Below, in pieces: positions 52,683 to 63,746 of a stretch of 64,000 nt of DNA. The stretch is from positions 20,030,857 to 20,094,856 of the forward strand of contig OZ316893.1 of assembly GCA_973895155.1 (NCBI GenBank), in the 5' to 3' direction. The stretch's first letter is position 1. Each line of letters begins with the position of its first letter. The notes below the pieces were generated by a model. It did not search any database. It was not told the DNA's origin and saw only the letters and a list, made by a program, of their open reading frames with translations. The DNA comes from Marsupella aquatica (Eukaryota; Plantae; Marchantiophyta). Both the position numbers and the translations under genes were made by a program.

Positions 52683-54080
52683 TTAGACCTCTATAAATGG
52701 ATTCCGCCCAGGCTGAAAAGAGAAGGTAGTAGGCTGGAAAAAGAACTGCTGCTGAGGCTGATGGCGCTTCTTCAAAGCGTCGTGAAAGCTCTCCACATTG
52801 AACACGGGGGGAATATTGTTCCATGTCTTCTGACGGACATTGTACGCAACAATGGATGAATTTGGAGCTAATTTCTGGTAGAAATAGATATTTTCACCGT
52901 CTGAGGAAGCTTCATTCAAGTCTGTACCCCTAATTGCAAGAGGAGGGCCCCTTGACACTTCTCTAATTTCACGAGTATTAGAGTCTAGCTTAAACACCAC
53001 CAGAGTCTCTTTCCCAGTGCGCCAGCAAATGCCATGACCATCCTCCATATCATTGGAGGTGACATTCAGGCGAATAACGACCATCACACCGTCTGCACAG
53101 ACGAGTATCCTGCTCATAGAGATAAAGAAATTCAACTGGCCCAAAGATGGCCGCAATACATTGATTCGGATGTTCATCCAAGTCTCTTCATCAGTGTTGT
53201 AAGCCAAGAGCTCGCAAGGTCCGTCATATTGGTAGCCCCACAGAATATAAAGGGTTCCATTGAAGTATGCGCTATTGGTCCATGCGTTATTTGAAGAAAT
53301 CCAAGCTTGGTTTGAAGACACCCATCTGCTGCTGGCGGCCGTAAGGGACAAATTCGACGACACAGGAACTACCTCCGAATACCTGATGGTCCACTTCTGT
53401 GTGGCAGAGTAGTAGATTTGGGAGCAGGGGGCCTCTAGTGGAGTGATTAGTATCACCTTGTACTCATCCTTGCCCACAAGCAGTAGATGCACAATAGCTG
53501 GATAGGTCTTGTTCGGACGAGGGGGCAGAAGTCTGTATTTCCCGGTGATAACGTTGGTGACATATACGTTGGGCTTGTGATCGCAGTCCACGAAACACAG
53601 CAACGGACCAGAACCACTGATTTTACCGCGAACCTTTGTGATCAGTTTACACTCTCCAACGTTGGGATATGGAAGGTAAGTGAGTGTCAGCATCTTCTCG
53701 CATCGCTTAGAGCGGTTGTCATAGCCCATGAGGCCCTCGTTTCCCACATAGACTGGACAGTACGAACTCCAGCTCCTCATGGAGACCTGGCTTACTTCAT
53801 TTTGAAATGATGCACAGGACAACTTTGAGGCCCAGGACTTGGACAGAGCACGGGACTGGAAAAGGAATCGCAAAGGAAGCCTTGCTATTATCTTCTCCAT
53901 CAATTCTTCCGGCATCTTGCTCCATAACTCTGCATCCATGCTGCCAAAATTGCATCCTTTGTTCATGTTGCTCTCCTCGGTCTCGCTCTCGGTCCCGTCT
54001 GCAATTATACTGTCAAAAGAATCTCCAGAGAGGCACTCGAGCCTCTCCACTTCCAGAGCACTTGAGCTAGACGAAGCCAT
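52683..54080 (-). CDS. F-box protein with a C-terminal kelch-like/beta-propeller domain, intronless CDS, ~465 aa
   Basis: F-box LWSKMPEELMEKIIARLPLRFLFQSRALSKSW, then VTNVITGKYRLLPP, EYKVIL, QIYYSATQKW, AYFNGTLY, LLAYNTDEETW and IVAYNVRQKTW. First in-frame ATG is at 54080. Confidence 0.88.
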   Translation of the reverse strand: MASSSSSALEVERLECLSGDSFDSIIADGTESETEESNMNKGCNFGSMDAELWSKMPEELMEKIIARLPLRFLFQSRALSKSWASKLSCASFQNEVSQVSMRSWSSYCPVYVGNEGLMGYDNRSKRCEKMLTLTYLPYPNVGECKLITKVRGKISGSGPLLCFVDCDHKPNVYVTNVITGKYRLLPPRPNKTYPAIVHLLLVGKDEYKVILITPLEAPCSQIYYSATQKWTIRYSEVVPVSSNLSLTAASSRWVSSNQAWISSNNAWTNSAYFNGTLYILWGYQYDGPCELLAYNTDEETWMNIRINVLRPSLGQLNFFISMSRILVCADGVMVVIRLNVTSNDMEDGHGICWRTGKETLVVFKLDSNTREIREVSRGPPLAIRGTDLNEASSDGENIYFYQKLAPNSSIVAYNVRQKTWNNIPPVFNVESFHDALKKRHQPQQQFFFQPTTFSFQPGRNPFIEV

Positions 54081-56931
54081 CACAACGCTCTTGCAGCCCT
54101 TCGTGGGGTGAAGAACGTCAGTGAAAAACCAAGCCACGGCCGCACCGCCTCCTAATTGGTCACAAGTCCATCCGTTCCAAAGATGAGCACCTGCACGGTA
54201 AGCTTGGCTCAGCGTGACCAGAATGACTCCACGTCAGCCCATACCCTTATTACTTCGCTTGCTGACATGCTTTCCAGGTTACCAGCTCTTCCTCAAAAGA
54301 GCACAACGACCTGCACAGCAAGACACGAAGGAATTAAACATCCACAATGCAAACCTTAGGCATCAAATAATGCGAAGTTCGCGCAAAATCGGAATAGCAA
54401 CAGCCATCACATATTGACCACGAGAACGAACAAATGGATAGAATTCAAAGTCACAGGGTCAATCCGGCCACGAATACGATCGGCGACGAACATCCACAGC
54501 ATAAGAGGAGGACAAGGACACTAACAGCGACCGAGCGGGGACCGTGAGAGAAAGCCCATCACTCACACGTCATCAATTTCGCATATGCCATCAATCTTCA
54601 ATGCCAGAAGCCAACTCAGAATAAACTTTTAAACTAAGCATTCATGAGTGATCATCCATAGTCGTATGCGTTGACCCGGATATGGGTGCCGAAACTCTAA
54701 CGTAGAAATGAAAATCGAGAGACTCTGGCTGCCTCGTAACCCAACCCAAATGTTGACAGCGAATTTCATCACAACATTCGCACCACATTTCCTCTCGGAC
54801 TAGAGACACGACCATTCGACCTAATGAGGCCACGTACAATCAACCCCGAGCTAAACACCAAACTCAGGAGGACAGGCACCATAACAGCCTACTATGATCC
54901 TGAAAAAAACCATCCAACTACAGGATTGAGGCAATTCCCTAGATAGAATACTGCTTCTATATTTGCAGCATGCTCATGACAAAGGGCTAGACAGAGAGGA
55001 CCACTCTAGAGCGGCAGCACAGCGAATTTTCGGCATCAACTAACTCAATTGACCTCCCGTAACTCTCAACGCCGATCGAATGATCAAAGTGTGAGCAAAT
55101 TTCTTCTCACGAAAGCTCCATCCGACCCTTCGCAAGATGAGTAATTCATGACACAAGCATGAAAAACCCAACAATTTTGACGAGAGATCTTGCCCAATGA
55201 TTACGGTGGCGATAACAAATATTCAGCATTACGGATTTCACTTTGAGGAATTCTCCACATACCCTGAACCCCATCCTCTCAATGGCAAAAAAGGAACCGC
55301 ATGCATCCATCGAATGAGTCTACCTGATGGCCTCTCTTCCCAAGCCAGGCTACCGATAGACCTTGAAGGAGCCGAAGGACTGTAGTCTCCTTTCCTATGC
55401 TACTCTTCCACTTCGCAACTTGCTCCAGAGAGAAAGCTGCATGTAATGAATTAACATACGTGTTCAGGATATTAACACCATCTCTATGCTTTCTTTGTCC
55501 CCAGGAGGACTAACGCCTGCTCGCTCTCCCTCTCTATTGATGGAGCCCTTCCCCAAAAGAAAAGTATCTTGCTGTCTCCCTCCCTAGAGAAGAATTTGCT
55601 GTGTGCGGTTCTCAATAAACGGAGATATGGATTCTAGTGGACAACTCATCCGGCGGCTAATAAGTCCCAAAAGGATGCCGCGAAAGACGGCGTAGGCCCA
55701 AAAAGTAAGCTACCTTGCTTTCTGGGGTTTCTATGAATCGTGATGGCCACCTAGGAAGTTCACAGTAAATGCCGTCAATTACTCTAATTCGCTTCGCACT
55801 CGTGCGCATTTGCAACCGTCGAAAACAGTTCAATTCTGACAGTTCTGAAGCTCAATCATAGTAATCAAATGTAGGTTTAGGATTATTTCTGTATTAGCCT
55901 CCTTCTCGATGCAAACGCTTACATGAGGATAATTGACCGATATCTTTCATCTTTACAGCCAAATTGGAGTACCAACAAACAAAACCACCAACCGTAGGAA
56001 AAGTCCAGGATGGCTCTGTTCCATCCGCTGTGTCAATTCTTCGCGCCTGGCCAACTGCAGCAGAGTTGACGTTCTTCGTGTGACAAAAACAACCCTTAAG
56101 CCCTTCTTCACCCTCGAACGCAGGCCAGACCTAGAAAGGTGTACTCACAACTCCCTCCTGCCCTTGTCATGCACAAATTACACGCAGACGGGACTGCATC
56201 TCTCCCTCGTCCTCCATTCCGTTCCTGAAAATCAGCGTCACGAGATGCACACAGCACTTTCTTTCGGCAAGCCAAAACAAATGCTGGACTCCTTTCCTCT
56301 AGTTTCGAATGGAATCCGCATTCTCAAACACATGAATTCACACAATTTCACACACAATCATTCTCCCTGGCATACGAGGGCGCGCTCGTGATCGAGATTA
56401 ACAGAAGAATACCCCGGCACTCATACTTTCCCGTGCTGACTGCTTTCTCTCCTCGTCAGGAGTCTCCTTCGCATCGCAGCTCGCCGTCATAAACGAGGTC
56501 GGCTCCTGATCCAAAGTGGTGTCGAATTGGCGATGGTAACAGAGGTCCTATCGGCAGGGGCGAAATTTCGTGGGCCACCGGACGAAATTGAGATGACACT
56601 ATTACACTAAATTCGTGGATGGAATGATTGGGAGATGCCGAGAGCAAGAGACGGAGAGATTCGCGAGGGGAAAAGCATGACTTTACACTATGATTGTTGC
56701 GTGGAATCATGCAGATTTTGCGTTGTGTGACAACATGCCAAACAAGCAGACCATGCAAAAGTGCGCTTTATAGGTGTAGACACCTGAATTGAATTGCACT
56801 TGAGGGTAGCGTGTGTCGTCTCACATGCCTTCTCCTCCCCCCCCCACCCCCCCACCAAAAAAAAACCATTATTTTCTATTATTTTTAAAGTTGATGATTC
56901 ATTCAATGGATTGAGTCATGGAGTTTTTCTC

Positions 56932-57031
56932 TACCAGGCTCTGCAGTTTGGTGATAGATAGGGTCAGATGGCCTTTTTTCTTTGTTTACCAGGCTCTCTG
57001 CAGTTTGCTGATAGATAGGGTCCGATAGCCT
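56932..57031. repeat. Short tandem duplication (~55-bp period)
   Basis: TACCAGGCTCT(CT)GCAGTTTG-TGATAGATAGGGTC-GAT-GCCTT occurs twice. Confidence 0.8.
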
Positions 57032-57375
57032 TCTCCCTTGTTGGTTTTTGCTGGCCTCCCCTTCATTGGGCCTTTTGCCTGTGGGACCCTCTCTCCCGTT
57101 TGGGCACCTTAACAAATTAACAAGAGAGTAATGCTAGGATGGACCACTTGGAAGAAGCTTGCAACCCGGCTGGGCCAGGGTACAGTATTCTTTCTCCCCA
57201 GAATAATCAAAAGAGAAAGTAATGCTAGGATGGACCACTCAATTGGACCAGGTTACTGTTGACCAAAAAAGTAGTGTGTTTACAAACAAAAAGAGCTATC
57301 TGAGTACAAAAAAGGTTTTTCTGCGGTCCATTGGGGTTGTGTTGGTCCATCCAGGCTTTCATCAACTCTTAGGTC

Positions 57376-57610
57376 TGATTAGGCATTTATTTGTGGGTCT
57401 AGAGGTACTATATTATCACAATTAATCTAACTATAGTCAAATACTTGGTTAGGTTAAACGTGTCGCTATTATATTCACTAGTAATTTTCTGGTAGTGAGC
57501 ACAAGTTTTAGACTCATTGTTATAGAGTCATTTTAGATATAGAGAGAGAGCTTAGTCTGTTATGGTTTGGTACAATTGATGAGCTTAGAGTTCAATGCAG
57601 CTCTCATATC
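57376..57610 (+). mobile_element. Truncated LTR fragment of the same copia family
   Basis: ACTTGGTTAGGTTA, TTAGACTCATTGTTAT, AGATATAGAG and TAGAGTTCAATGCAGCTCT resemble 8240-8601. Confidence 0.5.
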
Positions 57611-57924
57611 TATTATGACTATCACAAGACCCTGTTCCACCACGGTGCATAGGAGAGGAATCACTCCTCTCCCTAGACCTTTCCAAGTCTCTTGCTTGTC
57701 CCCGCTCAATTTGTCCGGAAGATGTTCTCTGTCATTCGGTTTCTTCTTTGCTGTGCTTCAAGTTCTCATGATTTCCTTCTATAAATCACAGGATTCACAT
57801 TAAATACTGTCGCGTTGCGTTTCCTCCTTTAGTCGGTGGCTGCCGGTAGCCGGTAGTTGCAGGTTCCATGCCCAAAGACTTAAAATAAATACCTAGAATA
57901 GATGCCATCAGACATCCTACACTC

Positions 57925-57985
57925 TGTGGGCTGCTGGTAGAGGGCGAGAGTGGGGCGCCTTAGGTGTCGGATTCAAAACTCACTC
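57925..57985 (+). mobile_element. SINE-like tRNA-derived head, similar to 18276-18415
   Basis: TGGGCTGCTGGTAGAGGGCGAGAGTGGGGCGCCTTAGGTGTCGGATTCAAAACT has the same A/B-box spacing as the 18.3-kb copy. Confidence 0.35.
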
Positions 57986-58351
57986 GGAGCTGTTTTAACA
58001 CACATCCCCCCCCCCCCCAAAAGTGGGGTTCAGAGGCCTCTGGTTACACACATAGCTTTTTTTTTATTCCAACAGGTTTACACACATAACCCCAAAAAGG
58101 TGGGGTTTAGGCGCCTCTAGTGACAATCAGAACTCTTTCTGATTCCAGAAGGGAACCGGCTGTAGAAGTTACCGGTCAATACTCACTAGAGTCCAAAGGA
58201 GCTACAGAACACTATTAAAGGCCGAACACGTTACTCGTAGAAGTGAGTTTCTCATGTTGTGAATACTGTTAGTCATCTGTCCTATTGTGGACGTAGCTAG
58301 TGGTGAAATGAACCACAAATCTCTTGTGTTAATTACTTATGTGTTCTTTGG

Positions 58352-58565
58352 ATATTGATATGTTGTTTTTGAATAGCTAGTGCTACTCAAAGAGTCCATG
58401 GGGGTTTCACTTTTTCCATGTCTTTTGGATTAACTCTTAGTTATTTTGGTGCTTTACATATTGTTATGTTGTTTTTGAGTAGCTAGTGCTACTCAAAGCG
58501 TCCATGGGGGTTTCACTTTTTCCATGTCTTTTGGATTTTTACTCTTTGTTATTTTGGTGCTTTAC
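58352..58565. repeat. Tandem duplication, ~106-bp unit x2
   Basis: TATGTTGTTTTTGA-TAGCTAGTGCTACTCAAAG-GTCCATGGGGGTTTCAC...TTATTTTGGTGCTTTAC occurs twice. Confidence 0.9.
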
Positions 58566-61343
58566 TGATAAGAATGCTCACTTGAGATTTGAATTTGGGG
58601 ATTACCGAGTTTCTCCTCTGCCTATGTTTACTAAAAATAGTTCAAATGTCTCTATCTAAGTGTATGAGACCCTGTTAAGAGGGCACTTTGGGCAAATAAT
58701 AGCCCCTCAAAACTCAAGCTGCTCTCACTTTCTTCTCAGGAGGTTGTGGCCCTCAAAGCTTTGTTACCAGGAAGCCTACCCTAAACCCTAAATGTGACTC
58801 AAAGGTACTAAAGTTTTATTCCCAGGAAAGGTACTAAAGTTTGACAATGTCAAACAAAAAAGCAATATTTGCTAATCTTTGTATGGCCTAAAGTCCTAGC
58901 ATTGCAAATTTTCTTCTTTCTTTACACAATATTGCATGACCTTAAGATCAAGGATGTTGTTTCGTTTGTTTCTTTCCAAAAGTCACTCAAGTGTTTCCAT
59001 AAGGAAAGATGTAAGGTAAAGAGTTTCCACTCAAACTTGGGCTGAAGCCCTATTTTGGGGTGGTTTCACATTATGGTCCATATCACATTCTCCCTTTTGG
59101 ATGGTCTCACATTGGGATGCATACCACTTGCCCCGCACTATCTAGGAAGGAGAATTAGTGGGGCTCACCTCACATATATATTCCTAACATTATATACACA
59201 GCCAGATGGTAGAATATCCGTTAGATCCTCAGCTTTGCTGACAATGCAACCTCACCTATGGAAAACATGGGTAAATCTTTCTCTTCATTTTTGTTTGTAA
59301 CATTTTCCAGTCCTTCCCAAATTGTAGGGTATCCGTTAGATCCTGAGATACTATGATACTGTGTAGCATACTCGATCGAGTACTCGATACTGTGTAGCAT
59401 ACTCGACAGCATACTCGAGTTCATTCTCTACACCAGTGCATTCTGCCCTCACCTAGATTCTCTCCCAACCCTTAGTTCCAAATAATGTCTTCCACTCTAC
59501 AGCAAACATTAGGCCAGGGCTTAAAGGCACAGGTGAAAGGTTCCTTCCACAACCCAATTCAGCCATGCACAGGTGAGGAATAAGATACGGCTAGCTGCTC
59601 TTTTAATCAGGGTCGGGACTGCCTTTTACGACAAAATGTTATCTGTTCCATTGCAAACACCTCACCACTTTCGCCAAATAGTAACCACCAAACCTTACTG
59701 AGCTCAAAAGCCTGTAGAAACAGTTGTATAGCCTTGTAGACAGTGAATGTGGTATTTCTGTTGCTGATTTTTTCCAAGATAGTGTTGTGAATGGGACTAC
59801 TCCAGGAGTGCCGGAGCACATCAAAGGAGGAATAAGTCATGCCCATGAATCTAGGTCTCTGCCTGTTCACTCTCTGCCTGAATAATTCCTGGAGGCACGG
59901 AGCATACCAGCAAGTCGTACGCATCGCGTCCATGAGCCTATTGCCCTACCTACCTACCTCTTCCTACAGGCAAAGAGTATACGGAAGGCGATGAGTGAAT
60001 CCATTTTTGCTCTGATGTTACTGGGCTTACGGACCAAGTCAAGTGGGTCATTCTATGTCCACAAGATTTTTGTGGCAGATTCTACACGGTTGTACTTTCT
60101 TACTGAAACATTCCCATACAAATATAGATATACTCAAGTCTCATGAGCTTACGACATCAACGCAATTAAAATCCTCTACCCAGGCAGACAAGGGATTGAG
60201 GCCCCGTCCCCCCACACAGTTAGCACTAGTTTATTTTGTACACCGCTAGTTTGCAATGCTAGGATTCCACTTTTATCTGAATTGGAGCTTTCATTTCGTG
60301 CAAAGAGTTTACAGGAATGCCAGGCGGCTTGACGTGAAGAACTCGCCGATGCACGCAATGTCAAGTAGTCCAGACTTTCCATTCGTGTAATGCTAGGACG
60401 TCCAAATGACATACTGAGTTTTATGACAACTCTGCACCAAATGGTCATGTCTACTAAACCCTCACTACAACAGCAGCCAAGTGTGGGGCCCCGCTGCATG
60501 TTCGACCACCTGTTGTCTGCACCAGTAGACCGACCCACCAGCCTTGTTCTACTCCATTTCCATTCTGAGCATCTTCCATAATAGTAATGACTCCTCCAGC
60601 GTGCTTTCGGATACAGCACCCTGACCAATCCTCAGATCAAGACCAGAGGGGCCCGGACATAGTGGTTCTGTTCTTGAGAAAGCAGCATTGCACAACTCAG
60701 GGGTTTAGGGTTTACCTCAAAAATAGCCAGCACGCTGAATTTCGTGATGAAGACAATCTCTGGAACAACTGGAATTTTTACTTTCAGAGATGGGTTCAAG
60801 AAAGACAAAAGTACAGAAAGTCCCAAAGAACCAAGCACTATAAGTCCGAGTAATAAAGACCTGCGGTGCTCTCCCGAACTTTCAGACTAGAGAGACTTCC
60901 AACAGTTAGTGTCATCGAAGCACGACCAATGTCAGATTAAATAGCCAATCTTGGGCGGTGAGGAGATGAAAACAGGTTGCCATCAGAAGCACCTTTCCAC
61001 ACTTCATTCCCTCAAAACAAAATTCTTTCAACTCTACCTCGAAATCTAGGATTTTGGTTAAACACATCAATCTCTCGAAATGACAAGTCAGACTTTTGAA
61101 AAGCTACATACTCAAGGTGAAGGATAGAACGAAAGGCAATGGTATAATTCACTAACCAAGCCCTAAACAACAATCTCACTATGGAGACTTGACTACCGCT
61201 GCAAACTCGAGGTGAAGGAGAGAACTGAAGGCAAATGAACAAGGTGTACTAACCCGGCGCCTGAGATCTTGCCTTCTACAACGACAGGAAGTACTCTGAC
61301 TACACACCTTCCTTAGACCTTGCACATTACTCGAGACCCTTGA

Positions 61344-61429
61344 ACTGGCATCAGATAGGAGCGAAAGACAATGCTCTTGAATTTCATTGCGTACGCTCAT
61401 ATGAACTATGCTTGTCATCATGCGCCAGT
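61344..61429 (-). ncRNA. U80: Box C/D snoRNA, U80/snR60(Z15)-type, double guide for 25S rRNA 2'-O-methylation
   Basis: Minus strand reads ACTGGCGC-ATGATGA(C)-CAA-GCATAGTTCAT-ATGA(D')...GTCTTTCGCTCCTAT-CTGA(D)-TGCCAGT, with a 7-bp terminal stem. The guides complement the conserved LSU rRNA segments UGAACUAUGC and AUAGGGGCGAAAGAC (yeast snR60 targets Am817 and Gm908; rRNA sequences recalled, not searched). Confidence 0.9.
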
Positions 61430-62197
61430 AGAAGGACAACAAAGGACCTCTTCTTTCCTATCGACATTGGACTTTGACAGAAAGTAAATTAATAATTCAG
61501 AACTCATATCTACCAAGTTGACTTGATAATCACTGGTCAACACAACCCGTACTCTCGAGGTGAACCTTTTCATGCTCAAATCAGTCTTCAGAGTCTGAGC
61601 GGCAGAACTACCTGGATTCAATTCTTGTCTTTGTGCATAAGCAGCCTCTGAATCAAAAAAGTTATACGCCAGACGTTTCACATTTCTAGGGGTTGCGAAA
61701 TTACAAAATCGTTTTCCTCCAACCTTACTTCCGTATTTTCCCCGAGTTGGAATGAAATTGAGACGGAAGTAAAGAAAATTGAGTAAATTGAGACACAAGT
61801 AAAGAAAACGACCCGACAGTGTAGAGTTAACTTCGGAGTTCAAGTTAAAACCAATGACAGTTCCGATGATCCATTTGCACTTAACAACATGGAAAATCGA
61901 CTAACCCATGGCAGCAAATGTCGAACGCAGCAAACACTCGATGTGCACGTCATCGTGACGCACCAGAGCTATGTCCATGTAATGAACCAAGGGTTGAAGA
62001 AGGAACGTCATAAGGGAACCACGCATCAAATAACGAACACCTAATTTACTTCTTATACACAGCACCAGAGAAGGGAAGCATCTGAAGGAGGTCGAAATGA
62101 ATTACTTGAAAACTCAGTATACAGGACAAGATCTGCCTCAAAAATGCAGTTCCCGACGCCTACGTTACCCTCAAGGACACTCTTAAATGACACATTC

Positions 62198-63196
62198 TCA
62201 ACGGTATCGTTTGAGAGATAAAGTGTTGTTCCTCTTCCACGTAGCATGTACTGAAGGTCGGGATTTGTGGTAAAGATGGCCTTTCCCACGTAGACCACGG
62301 TGCTTCTTCCCAGCAGATGTCAACCCACGAAGCTCACGATGCTTATGGACAGGGTTAACAATCCAGTTGATTCTGGGATCCTTACGGATGGCAGAATGCG
62401 CTGTGTCCACTAGGATAACTTCAAAATACTTGTAGGTTGAATCCTGCATTCATAAAAAGTGATGCAAGCTTCATTGGCCACTGATCAATCACTAGAGGGA
62501 ACCGACGTCCCGGAGGATCTTGGGAACTAAGTTATACGTTTCAACCATTCTATATCAAAACTCCGTAGAACGAACCGAATGCATGACATTGACGCATCCA
62601 TCTCAATATGTTAGGACATAAATAAATCACGTGTAATACCTGATTAATCCAGTAGGAATTGAGAACTCGAAGGCCTCCCAGCTTGCGCCCCGCTCGCTCC
62701 TCCGCTACGGATCGCAAGCTGCGCTGAAACTTCAGCTGAGTAATACCCTGGTTCTTCGGCTTACCATACACAATACCCTTCGAAACGGGCCTCTTCCTGC
62801 CACCTCGTCGCACCCTAATACGATACACAACGTAGCCCTGGATTCATTCAAAACACCGCCACTCAATTTCAGCTGATGCAGAGCTTACGGAGTAAAAGGA
62901 AGCACAAACATCGTAGGTCACGAGCCATTTCATCGGAAATCTCCCTGAGCCGCAAGTCACCAGCAACATCGACAGGACCATCAGATGAAAAGAAAGCAGG
63001 GAAGAGAGTTCCAATCGTCACTGACCTGCTTGGCCTTGAAACCGAGACGGCGGGCCTTGTCTGGGCGAGAGGGGCGAGTGAGACGGACGATGCCCGGCAG
63101 TTGGCGAAACTCCCAGCATCGAACTCGCAGCAAAAACCTCAGCACGTCGGACTGCTTCTTGCGCCATAGCTCCTCGATATACTTGTAAGCACCCAT
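62198..63196 (-). CDS. RPL15: 60S ribosomal protein L15 (eL15), 204 aa
   Basis: Exons 63196-63026, 62837-62640 and 62443-62198 (GT-AG, all phase 0; 615 nt). [18 protein letters not shown]...[11 protein letters not shown]...[20 protein letters not shown]...[13 protein letters not shown]...LSLKRYR. Confidence 0.98.
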
Positions 63197-63346
63197 GTTT
63201 CCTACCACTCCGTCCCTCTCGAGCTGCCGCAAGCTCTTCCACCTCCCCCGTCGATTCTCCGAAAGGAAGAGCTCATGTGCAGAAATCAATCTTGTGTTCT
63301 GCTCCCCTCTGCTCGAGAGTGCGGCCATTACAGAACCTACACTCTT

Positions 63347-63358
63347 TTAGGGTTAGGG
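63347..63358 (-). promoter_or_regulatory. Telo-box-like motif near the RPL15 transcription start
   Basis: CCCTAACCCTAA ~150 nt upstream of the ATG; telo-boxes are typical of plant ribosomal-protein promoters. Confidence 0.6.
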
Positions 63359-63419
63359 CTGCGTTAGGCTTGTTCGGCAACTTACTACTGTTTACAGTAT
63401 CGTACTGTAAGGTTACACA

Positions 63420-63746
63420 CCAGGCTCGTGACCAAAGGGGGTTTGGTCACATTAGGCTGAACAAAGTGCAAAAAAAAACCAAAAAATGAAGTAAACATAA
63501 AAGACAAATCATTAAATGTTCCTCTCATATTCTCTTTCCTCTGCTTACATAAACCATTATGATCTTGCTTGAATACAAATACTATATGCAATACATTGGA
63601 TTTTGTTTTGGTCTCTTTGGAACAAGGGAAACTGTATAAAAGTCAGTATTGCGGTCCATTATTGCAGTCCTTATGTATTTTTTGGCAAAAGTAACTTGGG
63701 GGATTTTTTTTGGCCCCCATCACATAGCCAAACATAGTTAAGCCAA
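63420..63746 (-). mobile_element. Non-autonomous Helitron-like element, copy 2 (in the RPL15 promoter)
   Basis: Homologous to 47984-48326 with the same termini; hairpin at 63428-63450. The nearby paralogous empty site GGTTACACA|TCACCTTGA at 63831-63848 defines the boundaries. Confidence 0.8.

Noticed and set aside
59607-60628. Minus-strand ORFs of 108 and 150 aa
   Set aside because: No recognisable homology; more plausibly distal parts of the non-coding transcript.
62444-63025. snoRNAs inside the two RPL15 coding introns
   Set aside because: Only a GTGACGA...CTGA pair ~40 nt apart, which is too short and has no guide.
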